Positions 51,357-63,295 of a stretch of DNA of 64,000 bases are shown here, in pieces. Each line of letters starts with the position of its first letter. The stretch's first letter is position 1. The position numbers and the translations under genes were made by a program. The stretch spans positions 1,302,001 through 1,366,000 of the forward strand of contig OZ218957.1 in assembly GCA_965112735.1 (NCBI GenBank). Direction: 5' to 3'. Source of the stretch: Phaeosaccion multiseriatum. Taxonomy: Eukaryota; Protista; Ochrophyta, other classes. The notes below the pieces were generated by a model that had not been told where the DNA came from, did not search any database, and saw only the letters and a program-made list of their open reading frames with translations.

Positions 51357-51937
51357 ATGAAATGGATCCTGTCTTTCCTCATCGTTGTAGCAGCCGGAGT
51401 CGGGATAGCCAGAGTCTTGAAGGAGAAGAGGGTGAAGAAGGAGCGGAGGGGAGGCGAGATTGAGGAAATCGAGAGCGCAGCGTCCGTAATTTCTGTCCTA
51501 CAAGCTTGTTTGGTGAATACCAAGAGAGATAAGGAGGAGCTTCTTTGGCAACAAGGTCTAGCCGAAGCACCTAGGCCTGGTGGCAGGAACGTCAGCACGC
51601 ACGTTGATGTAGGCCTCGAGCTGGCCCATGGAGAGGCAAGCAGCTCACAGATCAATAAGCTCAGGGGCAAGGTGTTCAAGGAGCTTGCACGGCTCAGTGA
51701 AGAGATTGATTATGTGCTTAGGTACGTGAGGGGTTCGATGACTGACAATTCGCTTACGTCCTTTGATTAACTTGTAGCTCCCTTGCTTGCCTTTTGCCGC
51801 TCAGCTTCTTGGACGGGGTGTCCTCCTCTGATGATGCCGTCAAGGCAATGAGAAAGAGGGCAGTGGGGAGAGCAGTGGCCCTGTCCCAAGAGATTGACAA
51901 CACTATCACGCACTTCCGCAGCTGCACCACAGAGTGA
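51357..51937 (+). CDS. Small membrane-anchored protein with BAG-like C-terminal domain
   Basis: N-terminal hydrophobic MKWILSFLIVVAAGVGIA. Spliced ELARLSEEIDYVLS|FLDGVSSSDDAVKAMRKRAVGRAVALSQEID resembles the BAG consensus. Confidence 0.55.
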
Positions 51938-52433
51938 GGGGTGCGAGCCACACCACCGAACTACTCTTTGACACCAGAGAGAGAGCGCGAGCCTGCCGCG
52001 CCATTACTACGAGATGATGAGGATAGCGAAGGAGTCTTCCTTCTGTGGAGACTCATGGGACTGCCCGAGTCAGACTCTTGCACGAGCCCCGTCTGAAGAG
52101 GAGATATGAAACACCTTTCCGCGCCCAACCCCCTCCGAAGGAAACCCTCGTAACTCTCGGAAGACCCGCAGAGCGAAGAGCTGTCAGAGCTCCCTGATGC
52201 AGCAACCCAGCAGCGCCCTCGTCAGCTTGGACGGGAGAAGCTTTGAGGCATAGTCCACAGACAAAGGGCCAGCCAGGACACTGGCGTTTGGGCCTCTACT
52301 CGACAGGTCCTTCGTCACACATACATTGTAGGGCTCGCTTCTCTTGGGCAGGAGAGGGTTGGACCCCATAGAGACGAATAGCAGGCGTTACACCACTTGC
52401 CCTAAGACGTTTTATACATTTTAACTCGAGAGT

Positions 52434-53350
52434 TTAATATCTACAAATTGGCCTTCCTCTTCTCAGCCGGAAAGGAGCAAGGATCCCCCCCAGATAACAC
52501 CCCATCCCATCCGCCCCTCCTGCCGGCGGCTTAGTACCTAATGACACGGAAACGAGACAAGACACGGGAAGCAGTCGTAAGTACATAATACCCAGTCCAA
52601 CACGGACTTGGGAAGCAAGTGGAAGTTGAACGCACCTGTACTTGGTGGAGTAGTCCTTGGGAGACACGACCAAACCCCTCCCCTTCTTGGCACCACGATA
52701 CACAGTCTGAGGGACAGCAGGTCGGGGGGGTGATGAAGCAAGTTAGCTTCGGTGGCGTGCAAACCAACAACTCAGGAAGGCTTCCTTGCTTCCTTCCTTC
52801 GTACCTCAATGATGTCGATCATCTCTTGGTGGTTGTTCAGAGCCCAGTTGATTTTGTTGTTGTTTCCCGTCCCCAAATCAATCATGATGTGCTTGTTCCG
52901 AAAGAAAAACATGGTCTGCGGTAGTGGGAGAAAGATGGTAAGGTGCTTGAAAGGTCCAGGTCCGGAGGCGTCTCTGTCTCTGCACCTGACTTACCGTGCA
53001 TGGGTCGTAAAGCTCGTACATAGTGTTGAAGTCCGGCACCTCGGTGACGTCGACCATGTAGATGATGGCAAAGTTCTTGACGCTCTCCGCAATGCCGGAC
53101 AGAATCTGTGCAGCAGGAGGCGAGGCAAAACAAAGCAAGGCATCAACAAGGTTGCGGAGCGGAGCGGCGGCAAACAGCAAACCGCACAAGCGGGGGGGCT
53201 CCAGCAGGCCGCAGAACCTACCTCGTCCATCTCCATGCACACCTCATCGTAATCGTGCCCGAAGCGTATCACTACGACCCTCTCCTCCTCATTGAGAATG
53301 GCCTGGTCCACAGCGTACCCGGTCCGGAGGTGTGGGAGCAGGTATGACAT
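52434..53350 (-). CDS. DIM1: U5 snRNP thioredoxin-like protein Dim1/TXNL4A
   Basis: MSYLLPHL...VDQAIL.EEERVVVIRFGHD, VKNFAIIYMVDVTEVPDFNTMYELYDP, FFFRNKHIMIDLGTGNNNKINW, GLVVSPKDYSTKYRY*. Confidence 0.95.
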
Positions 53351-53592
53351 TTTGGCAGTCCTTCTCCCCCACCCCTCTTCTAAACGTCGACCTCCTCTCA
53401 GGCGTGTGCTCCTCTGAGATGGAGTGAGGACAAGAGTGTTGGGAAGGGGGGACGTTGGCGGATCACTCCGCGGTGGGTGTTTTTGGGTAAGGGGGGCTGT
53501 GAAAAAACCCTAAGCTCGTGAATCCCCGGGGGGTGTGCCCCAATTGATGGCCGGCCCTGCCTGCACTCTCTTTCTCTCTCTTCACAGCAATC

Positions 53593-55793
53593 ATGGTGAG
53601 TGGGGAGGACGGATTGTGTGTGCTCAGCGTGCTCTTTATTGGCCTGGTGATATCCTTGCTTTCCTGGTCGCGAAAGACTTGACGCAGGGAGGGAGGGAGG
53701 GCAGGGGAGAGGAGAGATCGAAGACTGACACCTCTGTGCATTTGTGCTCATCGCTGTGAACTCTCGCTGCCCCCGTGCTCAGGGTCGTGGTCCTAAGAAG
53801 CACTTGAAGCGGCTCAATGCCCCCAAGCATTGGATGCTTGCCAAGATGGACGGCGTGTGGGCCCCCAAGCCCTCTCCCGGCCCCCACAGCCAGAGGGAGT
53901 GCTTGCCGCTCATCCTCATCTTGCGCAACCAGCTCAAGTACGCCCTCACCAAGAGGTGAGTTACTCAAGCTGGACCACCTGCAGGGCTCGCACAGTATAT
54001 AGTGGGCCTGGAAGGACGCCACCCTCTCCTCCCCTCCCTTCCTGCTCACCGTGTACTCACCACTCTCACTCTCCCCTCCTCTGCGCAACCCAAACCAGAG
54101 AGGCGAACATGATCTGCATGCAGAAGCTTGTGACTGTTGATGGCAAGGTCCGAACCGACCTCAACTTCCCCGCTGGCTTCATGGGTAAGTTTGACGGAGC
54201 GCTACGGAGGAGGACTGCATATTTGGGGAAGGGGGTGAACGAAGCAGCAGGGGAAGAACGGGATGACGGGGTACGGCGAGGAAAGAGGAAAGAATGAAAG
54301 GGCGAGGGCGCTGTGCACGGTTCCGCCGTCATCCTCTTGGTATCTCGAGCAGCGGAGAGGAAATCGGAGCATAGACAAGAAGATACACCCGTCTGCCACG
54401 CCCTACGATTCCCCCCTGCCGTTCCCTTGGGAGCGGAGGGGGTCCGAGTCAGTTCCGAAAGGGCGAGAAGAGAGTGTGGTGAGCGCATGCAGATCTGGAC
54501 ATTGTGCGGCCCCATTTCTGGGGCCGCATACCCTCTCGTCAATGTCGGCAGTCAGGGCCAAACTCCCGGCGCTTGTGTGGCAGGGGTGTTTCCTCTGGGA
54601 GACCCCTGCTCCACTCTCGCCGGTTTTGTTTTGGCCCGTGAAATGACTCGCCGTATTGTAGTGTACGAGGGCCGTCTGCTCGTGAAACCCACCTCCCCCA
54701 CGTCATCTGCCTCTCGGTCCGCCTGCGCTCTTTCGAGTGTCAAGCGGTGCCAATAAGAAGAGAGGTGCACGGTCTTGTGGGCGGCACGCGGAGAAGGGGC
54801 TTTCATGCCCTCGTCCGGACAGCGCGGGAGGGAGACTGATGAAAAGGGTGGCAGGAGGAGGTGCACTGGCAGCTCTTGAACTGTCTAGCGCCCTCTCTCG
54901 TCGCCTGGTTCCGTCGCTCTCTCTCCTGGACGCTTAGTCTGTGAATTAACGTCATACGACGCCCCAGACTCCCCTCGGGGGCAGGGAAGGGCAAACACAC
55001 GCGGGGAGGGGGGTGCATGAGAGCTCAGCCTCTCGGCCCTGGCCCTGTGCGTGCGTGCCCATCTCTGTATCTGGATGGTTGGTGACAAGTCCAAGAGCTT
55101 TTTCCTCTGCTGCTTCGGAGCCCCCAGCCCTCTCTCTCCACCCGACATCACTCTCGACGCCTGAGTTTCGTCAGAGGAGTATGAACAAGGACAGCAGCGT
55201 TGTGGTTGGGCTGGGCATAGTCAACCCCCACCCCTCCCCCCTTCCGCGTCTAATGGTGCTCACCCTGTGCCTTGTCTGCGTAACCCCCCCCTACTAACAT
55301 GAACCCTTTGTTCACAGACGTTGTCCACCTGCCCAAGTCCGGCGACCACTTCCGTCTCCTGTACAGCGTCAAGGGCCGCTTCACCATGAGCCGCGTCGAC
55401 GTACGTACATCACCCACCTGGCTCCTGTGTCCCCTCCCCTCTCGCGTATAGGCTGACGGTCTTTTGTTCATCCCGACTTGTGTCCTCTCCCCTCTCCGCC
55501 GGTCCTGCAGGAAGTTGAGGCGAACATCAAGCTGTGCCGCGTGATGAAGGTCGATGTGTCCAAGAAGAGCATCCCTTACCTCGTCACCCACGACGGACGC
55601 ACCATCCGCTACCCGGACCCCGTCATCAAGGTGTGTGTGTATGTGCATGTGTGAGTGTGCATGTGTGTGTGTGTGTGCGCGCTTGTGCTGGAGAGAGCTA
55701 CCCACAGCGAAAGCAAAGGCGTCGTCTCTCTAGCCCATCTGTCTTGTCCTTGTCTTTCTCTCTCCCCTTACATTCCTTTCCCCTCTCTTGCCG

Positions 55794-55825
<32 letters not shown>

Positions 55826-56310
55826 GCAGGTGAACGACGTGATCAAGCTCGACCTGGAGACCGGCAAGCCCATTGACCACATGAAGTTCGAGGTCGGACA
55901 GCTGTGCACCATCACCAAGGGACGCAATACCGGCCGCGTGGGTACCATCAAGCACATTGAGAAGTAAGTAAAGAGGTTGCACTGTTCATTATTTTTACGC
56001 TGTTGGAGTCAGTCAGTCTGGTTGAGCTCCAATGCTTGGGATGGGATGGTCCTTGGTGACGAAGCGGAATGGAAGCTCACTACCTCCCCCCTCCCCTTTC
56101 TTTTCCCCTCGTGACGTTTCACGTATATATAGGCACCCTGGATCCTTCGACATTGTGGACATCAAGGACGAGGTTGGCAACACCTTCGCCACCCGCCTCA
56201 GCAACGTCTTCCTGGTGGGCACCGGAGGCAAGACCTGGGTGCAGCTGCCCAAGGGCAAGGGCATCAAGAAGACCATCCTTGAGGAGAGGGAGCTTCGCAC
56301 CAAGAACTAA
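53593..56310 (+). CDS. RPS4: 40S ribosomal protein S4 (eS4)
   Basis: ATG-only first coding exon, then [79 protein letters not shown]. Seven exons. Confidence 0.96.
54300..54906 (+). ncRNA. Putative ~600-nt structured RNA element within RPS4 intron 3 (function unknown)
   Basis: Nested inverted repeats: 54304-54312/54887-54895, 54313-54318/54861-54866, 54489-54494/54705-54710, 54505-54514/54519-54528, 54555-54562/54630-54637, 54580-54587/54602-54609, 54710-54715/54760-54765. No Rfam-family motif recognised. Confidence 0.55.
55292..55298 (+). promoter_or_regulatory. Consensus branch point TACTAAC of RPS4 intron 3
   Basis: Perfect TACTAAC about 20 nt upstream of the CAG acceptor at 55318. Confidence 0.8.
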
Positions 56311-56687
56311 AGTAGACGATACTTGCTGTACTTGGTCTTGCTTGTCAAAGAGCTAATGGGGGTAGGCTCCAAGCCGATTCGCCAATAAAAGAGAGAAACT
56401 GAAAACACCATTGAACCCACTCTATTATGTTCATCCCATCCACGGTACCGTTTCGCAGTTAGCCAAAGAGGGAAGAGAAGAAAATTTCGAGTGCCATCTA
56501 GAGAAGAGAAGAGAGGGGGTTTTGGTTCTCCGCCACTTCTGTGATTTTTGTGTGGCGGCTTGGCTCCTCCTAATTTCATTCCTATCAGCAGCCCCAAGTC
56601 TCCTTCCGCTTTTCTTCCTTCATGAGTGGGTAGTCGGAACAGCCATCGTGAGAGGGACTCAAGCCGAGCGCAGTACGCCGCTCGACC

Positions 56688-58046
56688 ATGGAGGAGTGGA
56701 AGCTGCAAAAGTTGCACGACACCCTAAAAAAGCTTGCCCCCAAGGGAAATCATGTGAGTTGCGAGTAGGTGCTCGTAGTTGCAGTGTGAGAGTTGAGAGG
56801 GCTCTGCCAAAGACTTATGATCTCGTGGAGCGTTTTTTTCCTTCTGTATCGCGCCGCTTGTCCGACAGAGGGCGAAGCTCGTCTTGCCGCCCTCTGGGTG
56901 GTGTACCACAGCCCACAGCCGACGGCCCACCCTTATCTTTGCTTCCTCACACGCTCTCAAATCCCGGTTTGTTCCTTCTCGTTTCGGGTCCGACAGGGTG
57001 GTCTGGGCTCTCGCTTCATGCCAGGAGGGGGGCACGCGCACCGCGAAAATGGATTGCCCAAGAATGGGCTCTACACTTACTTCGTCAAAGAGGGGCATTT
57101 CACCCAGAGCTTCTCTTTCGGCAATAGCAGTGACGACGATGATGACGAGGAGGAGAGGAGAAGAAAGAAGAAAGCGGCCAAGAAGGAGAAGAAGGCGCTG
57201 AAGAAGAAGGAACAGGAGGAGAGAGAGAGGAACCCGGCGCCAGGGAAAGACATGGAGCGGGAGGCGGCAGAGCAGGGAGAGAAGGCTGCAAATGCAGATA
57301 GCCACGTGAAACAGAAGAAGAGGAAGAAGGACAAGAAGAAGACACAGGGGGGGGGTGATAGCGCCAAGGCCGCAGCCGTAGCGAGCGAAAGAGAAAGTAG
57401 CGCCATGAATGGGGAGGATAGTGCCAAGAAGAAGAAGAAGAAAGAACCCAGCAGCCCTCCTGCTGCTACTGTTTCGGCTGCTGCTGCTACTGCTAGTGCT
57501 GCTGATGCCAAGGAGACTGGTCCGAACAGCAAGTCCGACAAGAAGAAGAAGAAGAAGCGACCCCGGGAGGAGGCGAGCGAGCTGACAATAGCAAGTGTGT
57601 CTGAGGACGAGCCTCCTTCAAGTAAGAAGCAGGCCAAGCGCCGAAAACAGGCCGTAGAGGCCCTAAACGGGGCTGCTCCACCTCCTGCTACTCCTCCCGC
57701 TGCTCTGAACGGGAGTGCCAAAGAGGCGAAGAAGAAGCGGAAAGACAAGAAGGGAAGTGGGGAAGGCCTGGCCCAGCCGAGCGAGACGAAGGAGGAGGAG
57801 ACGCAGAAGGAGGAGAAGAAAAAGAAGAAGAAGAAGAAGAGCAAGAAGGGGCCGGTGGAAGGAGGGGACGGCGACGAGCAGAGAGTAGAAGCGGCAAGGA
57901 AAACCAGCAAGAAGGAGGCTAGAGCAGCGGCAGCAGCAGCATCAGCAGCAGCAGCGGCGGCGGCGGAGACGGAGGCAGCATCAATAGAGGCCAAGACTGA
58001 CGAAAAGAAGGACAACAAGAAGAAGAAGAAGAAAAAGAAAGAGTAA
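56688..58046 (+). CDS. Lysine-rich low-complexity protein, nucleolar-like
   Basis: First exon MEEWKLQKLHDTLKKLAPKGNH|GTGAGT. Main exon GGLGSRFMPGGGHAHRENGLPKNGLYTYFVKEG followed by poly-K/E tracts. Exon 2 phase is unresolved. Confidence 0.6.
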
Positions 58047-58141
58047 GGAAGATAAAGTAATAAAAAAAACTTGTATTTACACCACACAAGTCCGAAGCAT
58101 AAGCATCACTCCTTCCTCGTAACATAGTATGTACTTGACGC

Positions 58142-59395
58142 TCACTTGAAGCCTCCGTACACGACTGTGACGGACTTGGGGTCAATGGCGTAGGCAACCT
58201 TGCCGCCCCCCCGAGGATGGGTGCCCTTGCGCAAGTCAAAGGCGACAACGCCGCAGTTGACCATCTTCTTGGCCTTGCAGAGGTGGCTGCAGCTCTGGGG
58301 CAGGTACGTCTGGGCAGGCACGTAGACAGGCAAGTAGGCAGACCATCAGGCAGGCGCACGCACGCACGGGCAAGGGAGGCGCATAGAGACGGCAAGCAGT
58401 GAGGTGAGTATGTGGGTGCGTGTGTTGTACCGGGAAGGTCTGGAGGTTGTGAACATGTCTTGCAACTTTCACTTACCCGGAAGAAGCTCCGGAAGTAGAG
58501 CGAGTGCCCCACGGCCACAACGGTGCTCTCGTCCCTCGACACGGCGAAGCGGCAAAAGTCGTCCATCCTCTTGACCCCCGTGTACTTGAGAGGTTTGGTG
58601 CCCATGTTGTACCTGCTCCCGAACTTTACCTCCGCCCCCAGCTCCTTGGCCAGGCTCCCGTCGGGTACCTCGCCCTTCTCCAAGAGACTGATACCGTCCA
58701 CGTTGAACGTCATCTCTTGGAGCCCAGAGTGCACCTCGAAAGTGTTCCCCTTGACGCGGAAACGCTCCCTGGTGGTGGTGGGGGTGAGGGGGGGAGGGAG
58801 TGGGGTAGATGCGTTTGTTTAAGGACCGCAGTTTCTTTGTTGGGCGGGGAAGGGGGAAGAGGAAGTTCAATTCAAAGGGCCCCCCTCCCAAAGGGGGGCC
58901 CAACCCCGGAAGGCCCAAAGACAAGACCCGATGCAAGATCGCCTCGCCTCTCTCGCTTCCTCTCGCGATGCTCTGAAGAGCGTCTTTACTACTTACCAAA
59001 GTGCGATGAGGCCGGTGACGATGGCCCTCCTCAGGTTGGACGTTACGAGCACGCACGAGTCCTTTTCTGCAGGGAGTCCATGCCCTCCGCCGAGCAGGGC
59101 CAGCGCATCCGCCATGATGGGGTTATCGGCCTTGGGGGGGCTGTGGATGAAGCCCAGCAGCTCCTAGGAGTTGCCGGTTGAGCAACGGGGAGCGAGATGG
59201 GCAGCGAGCGGAGGAGGGGTCAGCGGTAGGTAGTGTGGGTCAGCAACGCCAACCCCCCCCCGCTCTGGCTTGTTCCTGGACTAACCTGCGTCTGGCGGAT
59301 CCCCGTGTCACTCAAGGGGGAGTCGAAGAATACGCTGTCCCGTGACGTGAGGAGCATCGCTTCCCGGAACAGAGCCTACCGACCGTCGCCAAGTC

Positions 59396-59426
<31 letters not shown>

Positions 59427-59923
59427 AGAACAATTACGTTGCTGGCAAATTCTCGTCTCCCTCTCTCTCTCTCTCTCTCTGTTTGGCTTGCTCGCTTCCA
59501 CACTCTGCCTTTCCTGCTTACCTTGACGAGGCGGACTAGGAAGGAGGGGCCAAAACCCCTATTGAACACCTCATTCCACTCGCTCTCTCCGTGGCGAATA
59601 AAAATGACTCGTTTGGCCGGGCCCAGATTGGGCGTCCCAGGAGAAGCACCACCAGTCCCGCCCCCACGCAGATTGCCGCTCCCGCCCAGCTTCACCAAGC
59701 CAGCATCTAGTGGCGACTTCGACAGCTTCTTGTCCTTGGAGAGGGCCATGTGCACAACCCCTGTGAGCGCAAGCTTGGCCTTCCGTGCGACATTGGCACA
59801 GCCATTGACGGATGTGGTGATGATGTAGCCGAGGAGCATGAACAGCGCCAAGACTAACGCCACCAGGCTTGGAGAATCCGTCATCTTGATGCCTGAGTCT
59901 CTTCTTCCGCCTCCCCCCTCCAT
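58142..59923 (-). CDS. Histidine phosphatase / phosphoglycerate-mutase-family protein with N-terminal TM segment
   Basis: Catalytic RVIFIRHGESEWN, DSPL, VTSNLRRAIVT and VVAVGHSLYFR. Start at 59923 or 59884. Confidence 0.8.
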
Positions 59924-60271
59924 CGACGGGGAGGTGTGTGCCCCAGCGAGAGAGGTTACGTTGGGACAGACTATAATTTGTCCATCATGAACCAGGGGAA
60001 GTAGTGAGCGACACGTAGGGGTTCCCTCCTCTTTCGACTTCAGTGGGGGATGGGTCGCTTGGACAGCTCGGTGGGAGACCAGCGCGCAGAGAGAGGGGGA
60101 GGAAGAGAGAGAGAGAGAGAGATTGAAAGGAAAGAAAGCTGAAACTGAAACTGGATTGAGTTGGCGACGATTCGTACTCGATCGCGCCCTTTCCTCCACC
60201 CTGAATCCACCCTTCCTCGGCCTTCTCTTCTTCTCTCTCCTCGCGCAAGGTAATCACACCGTGCCACTGCC

Positions 60272-62941
60272 ATGTCAGGAATCATATCAAGCGTGTCGAA
60301 CTATGTGGCTTGTAAAGTCGAGCCGTACGCGATGCCTTTGGTCGAGAAAAATGTTGTTCCGGATGCGCTCGTGAGGCTCGGAGTACGGAGGTAAGAATGG
60401 GGTTTGAAGGCTCTCTCCTCCTCATGCGAGCCCTAACAGTGCGTGGTTGAGGGAGGGGTGAATGTGGTCCGATGAGTGAGTGAGTGATTGAGTGAGAGAG
60501 TGAGCGTGAGGTGCTTCGCTCTTGCTTTTTGTAACTGAGTCATTTAATTATGTCAAAGGTGGAACGGTACATGAGGGAGGAGGAGCGAGTGAGTGAGTGA
60601 AAGGTGGAGCGAGGGAGGGGGTGGGTGAGTGGGTCGGAGTAGAACAATCTTTCCGATTCCTCATTTACTCCATGCCATGTCCCACTGCCTGGTCCACTCC
60701 CTCCTTCCCCCCACTACCGATTCTACCATACCTGCAGGCAATGCGCAGCCCGACTACAAGAAGTATCGGCCGGGAAGTCAGAGGAACAGCTTGCCCGCAA
60801 GGAGGCCCTCGTAGAGGAGCTTAAGAATCAGCCAATCGCAATAGAGACAGGTGATTGAAGGGTGTCTGATATCTGCTGACGCCATTCCTATCTTCTCCTC
60901 TCCCTCTCTCCCCGTATCCCCCTCTCCCTGTCTCTCCCTCCTCCTCCCACTCACTCGCCACTTCGGCCACATCGCGCCTCTGCTCACCCCCCGTACGCGT
61001 CCTCCCTCCCCCCCCTCCCTGGTCGTGGTATGCTGGTGCAGATGCCGCAAACACGCAGCACTACGAGGTCCTGCCCGAGCTGTATAAGCTGATGCTGGGC
61101 CCTCGCCTCAAGTACTCTTCCGGGTACTGGCCAGACAAGAACACCACCTTCGCAGAATCGGAAGTGCACATGCTCGAGCTGTACTGCGAGCGGGCCGAAC
61201 TGGAGGATGGGATGCATATTGTGGACCTAGGATGCGGGTGGGGAAGTCTTAGTCTGTTTCTGGCGGAGAAGTACCCTAACTCCAAGATTACGGGCCTCTC
61301 CAACAGCGCCAACCAAAAGGCTCACATTGATGGGTTGGCAGCGGAGAAAGGGTGGGGCCACCGAGTTACGATTCACACGATTAACATCACGGAGGGGACT
61401 TTGCCGGAGGAGCTGTGGGGCACGCACGACCGAGTCATGAGCATTGAGATGTTCGAGCACATGAAGGTAGGAAAAGAGAGAGAGAGAGAGAGAGACAGGG
61501 AGAGAGACAGAGAGAGACGGAGGGAGACAGAGAGAGACAGGGAGGGACAGAGAGAGAGACAGAGGGACAGAGAGAAAGAGAGAAAGGGAGAGAGAGGCAC
61601 AGAGAGAGAGAGAGTATGCGTACCGTGTATGTGTGTCCACTGCGACGGGAATGTCTCCAATGCGAGGGGCTTGGACTGGCGGCGGAGATACATACTAATC
61701 CCGTGCGTTAGGCTCAAGTCCCTCCCTCCTCCCTCCCTCCCTCCCTCCCTCCCTCCCTCCCTCCCTCCCTCCCTCCCTCCCTCCCTCCCTCCCTCCCTCC
61801 CTCCCTCCCTCCCTCCCTCCCTCCCTCCCTCCCTCCCTCCTTCCCTCCCTCCCTCCCTCCCTCCCTCCCTCCCTCCCTCCCTCCCTCCCTCCCTCCCTCC
61901 CTCCATCCCTCCCTCCCTCCCTCCCTCCCTCCCTCCCTCCCTCCCTCCCTCCCTCCCTCCCTCCCTCCCTCTCTCCCCCCCTCCCTCCCCCCCTCCCTCC
62001 CCTCCAAAGAACTATGGGCAGCTGATGGAGAAGGCCAGCACGTGGCTCAAGCCGGAGGGAAAGCTGTTTGTGCACATCTTTTCGCACAAGGACTTCCCGT
62101 ACCACTTCGAGATCGATGACGGCTTCATGGGAAAGTACTTCTTCACGGGCGGAACAAGTGAGTACAGCAGTGAAGGAGTGAGTCGAGTGGTGGAGGGAGG
62201 GAGTAGGCGACTGTGTATGCGTGCGTGTGTGTGTGCGTGAATGGGTCGGTTGGCTTGGTCAGTGAAGTGAGTGAGCGAAGTGAGGAGTGAGGGAGTGAGG
62301 AATCCATTGAGCGAGACAGGAAGAGGGTGTGCGTGCCTTGCTCTTTCACCAAGGTGACCGGCGCTCTCATCTTATGCTGGTGCCCCCCCCCCATATAGCC
62401 TGCTCACCCCCCCCCCTCCCTCCCTCCCTCCCTCCCTCCCTCCCTCCTTCCCTCCCTTCCTCCAGTGCCTTCGGACGACCTTCTGCTCTACTTCCAGGAC
62501 CACTTCAAGATCCAGCGTCATTGGAGAGTCAACGGCACGCACTACTCCAAGACGTCGGAGGCTTGGCTAAAGCAGATGGATGACAACAAAGCAGAGGTGT
62601 GTGTGTATGTGTGTGTGTGTGGCTAAAGCAGATGGACGACAACAAAGCAGATCTGTGTGCGTGTGCTATGTGTGAGACAAACGTCACGAGAAGGGAACGA
62701 AGGTAGTCCAATAGCTCCTCCTCTGATATCTCCTCCCTCTCTCCCTCCCCGCCTCTCTCCCCCCCCGCCTCTCCCCCCCCCCAAGATTATGCCCATTCTG
62801 ACAAAGATCTACGGAGAGGGAGAGGAGACCAAGTGGTTTGTTTACTGGAGGCTCTTTTACATCGCATGCGCGGAGCTGTTCGGCTTCGCGGGTGGCGAGG
62901 AGTGGCTGGTGAGCCACTACCTCTTCCAAAAGGCGACATAG
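60272..62941 (+). CDS. SAM-dependent methyltransferase, CMAS / coclaurine N-methyltransferase-like family
   Basis: VPDALVRLGVR, ANTQHYEV, LGPRLKYSSGYW, VDLGCGWGSLSL, SIEMFEHMKNY, YFFTGGT, WRVNGTHYSKTSEAW, WRLFYIACAELFG. Confidence 0.9.
61720..62003. repeat. Intronic (CCCT)n array abutting a 3' splice site
   Basis: Tetramer array ending just before AAG|AACTAT. The same intron starts with a GA-rich tract at 61470..61613. Confidence 0.95.
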
Positions 62942-63295
62942 ATCGCAGACACAATTTTGCCTCTTTTTTGTTATATCGTACAGCCACAGCCGTCTATACA
63001 CGACTGTGCCACAACATGCTTCATGCTCGGCCCTATCTTGTTTTACGCTCGCCCTGCTTTCGGGAGACTGCCGTACGACGACACGATCCTCCTTTCATTT
63101 TCATTTCGGGGCTAATCTAAGAACCTACTTCATCCTACATGGAAGTGTGCGCTCCGAAAGCTGTCGGCTGTTATAAAAATAGCCTTCGGGAGGGGCGAGC
63201 AATACATTATTACAGAAGAAACTATCTTTTAATCTAAAAAAAAACAAGAGGGGGGAGAAATCATCTCACCAAAGTACAGCTCCAGTCCCGAGGTA

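Noticed and set aside
50580-51770. 396-aa + strand ORF overlapping the CIA30-like gene
   Set aside because: The first ~260 codons are the antisense shadow of that gene and its promoter; only the part from ATG 51357 looks like a real gene.
54836-54845. CTGATGA as hammerhead ribozyme core or snoRNA C box
   Set aside because: No stem II plus GAAA follows it, and there is no nearby D box (CTGA) with a terminal stem or obvious rRNA guide.
54300-54940. RPS4 intron structure as group I intron, RNase P/MRP, U3, snR30/U17, SRP or telomerase RNA
   Set aside because: The diagnostic motifs (AAGAUAUAGUC, GAAAGUCCCC, U3 box A, m1/m2, SRP helix 8, CUAACCCU template) were not found by eye.
57077-58087. 336-aa hydrophobic - strand ORF
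   Set aside because: It is the antisense mirror of the Lys-rich gene (AAG/GAG codons read as Phe/Leu/Ser).
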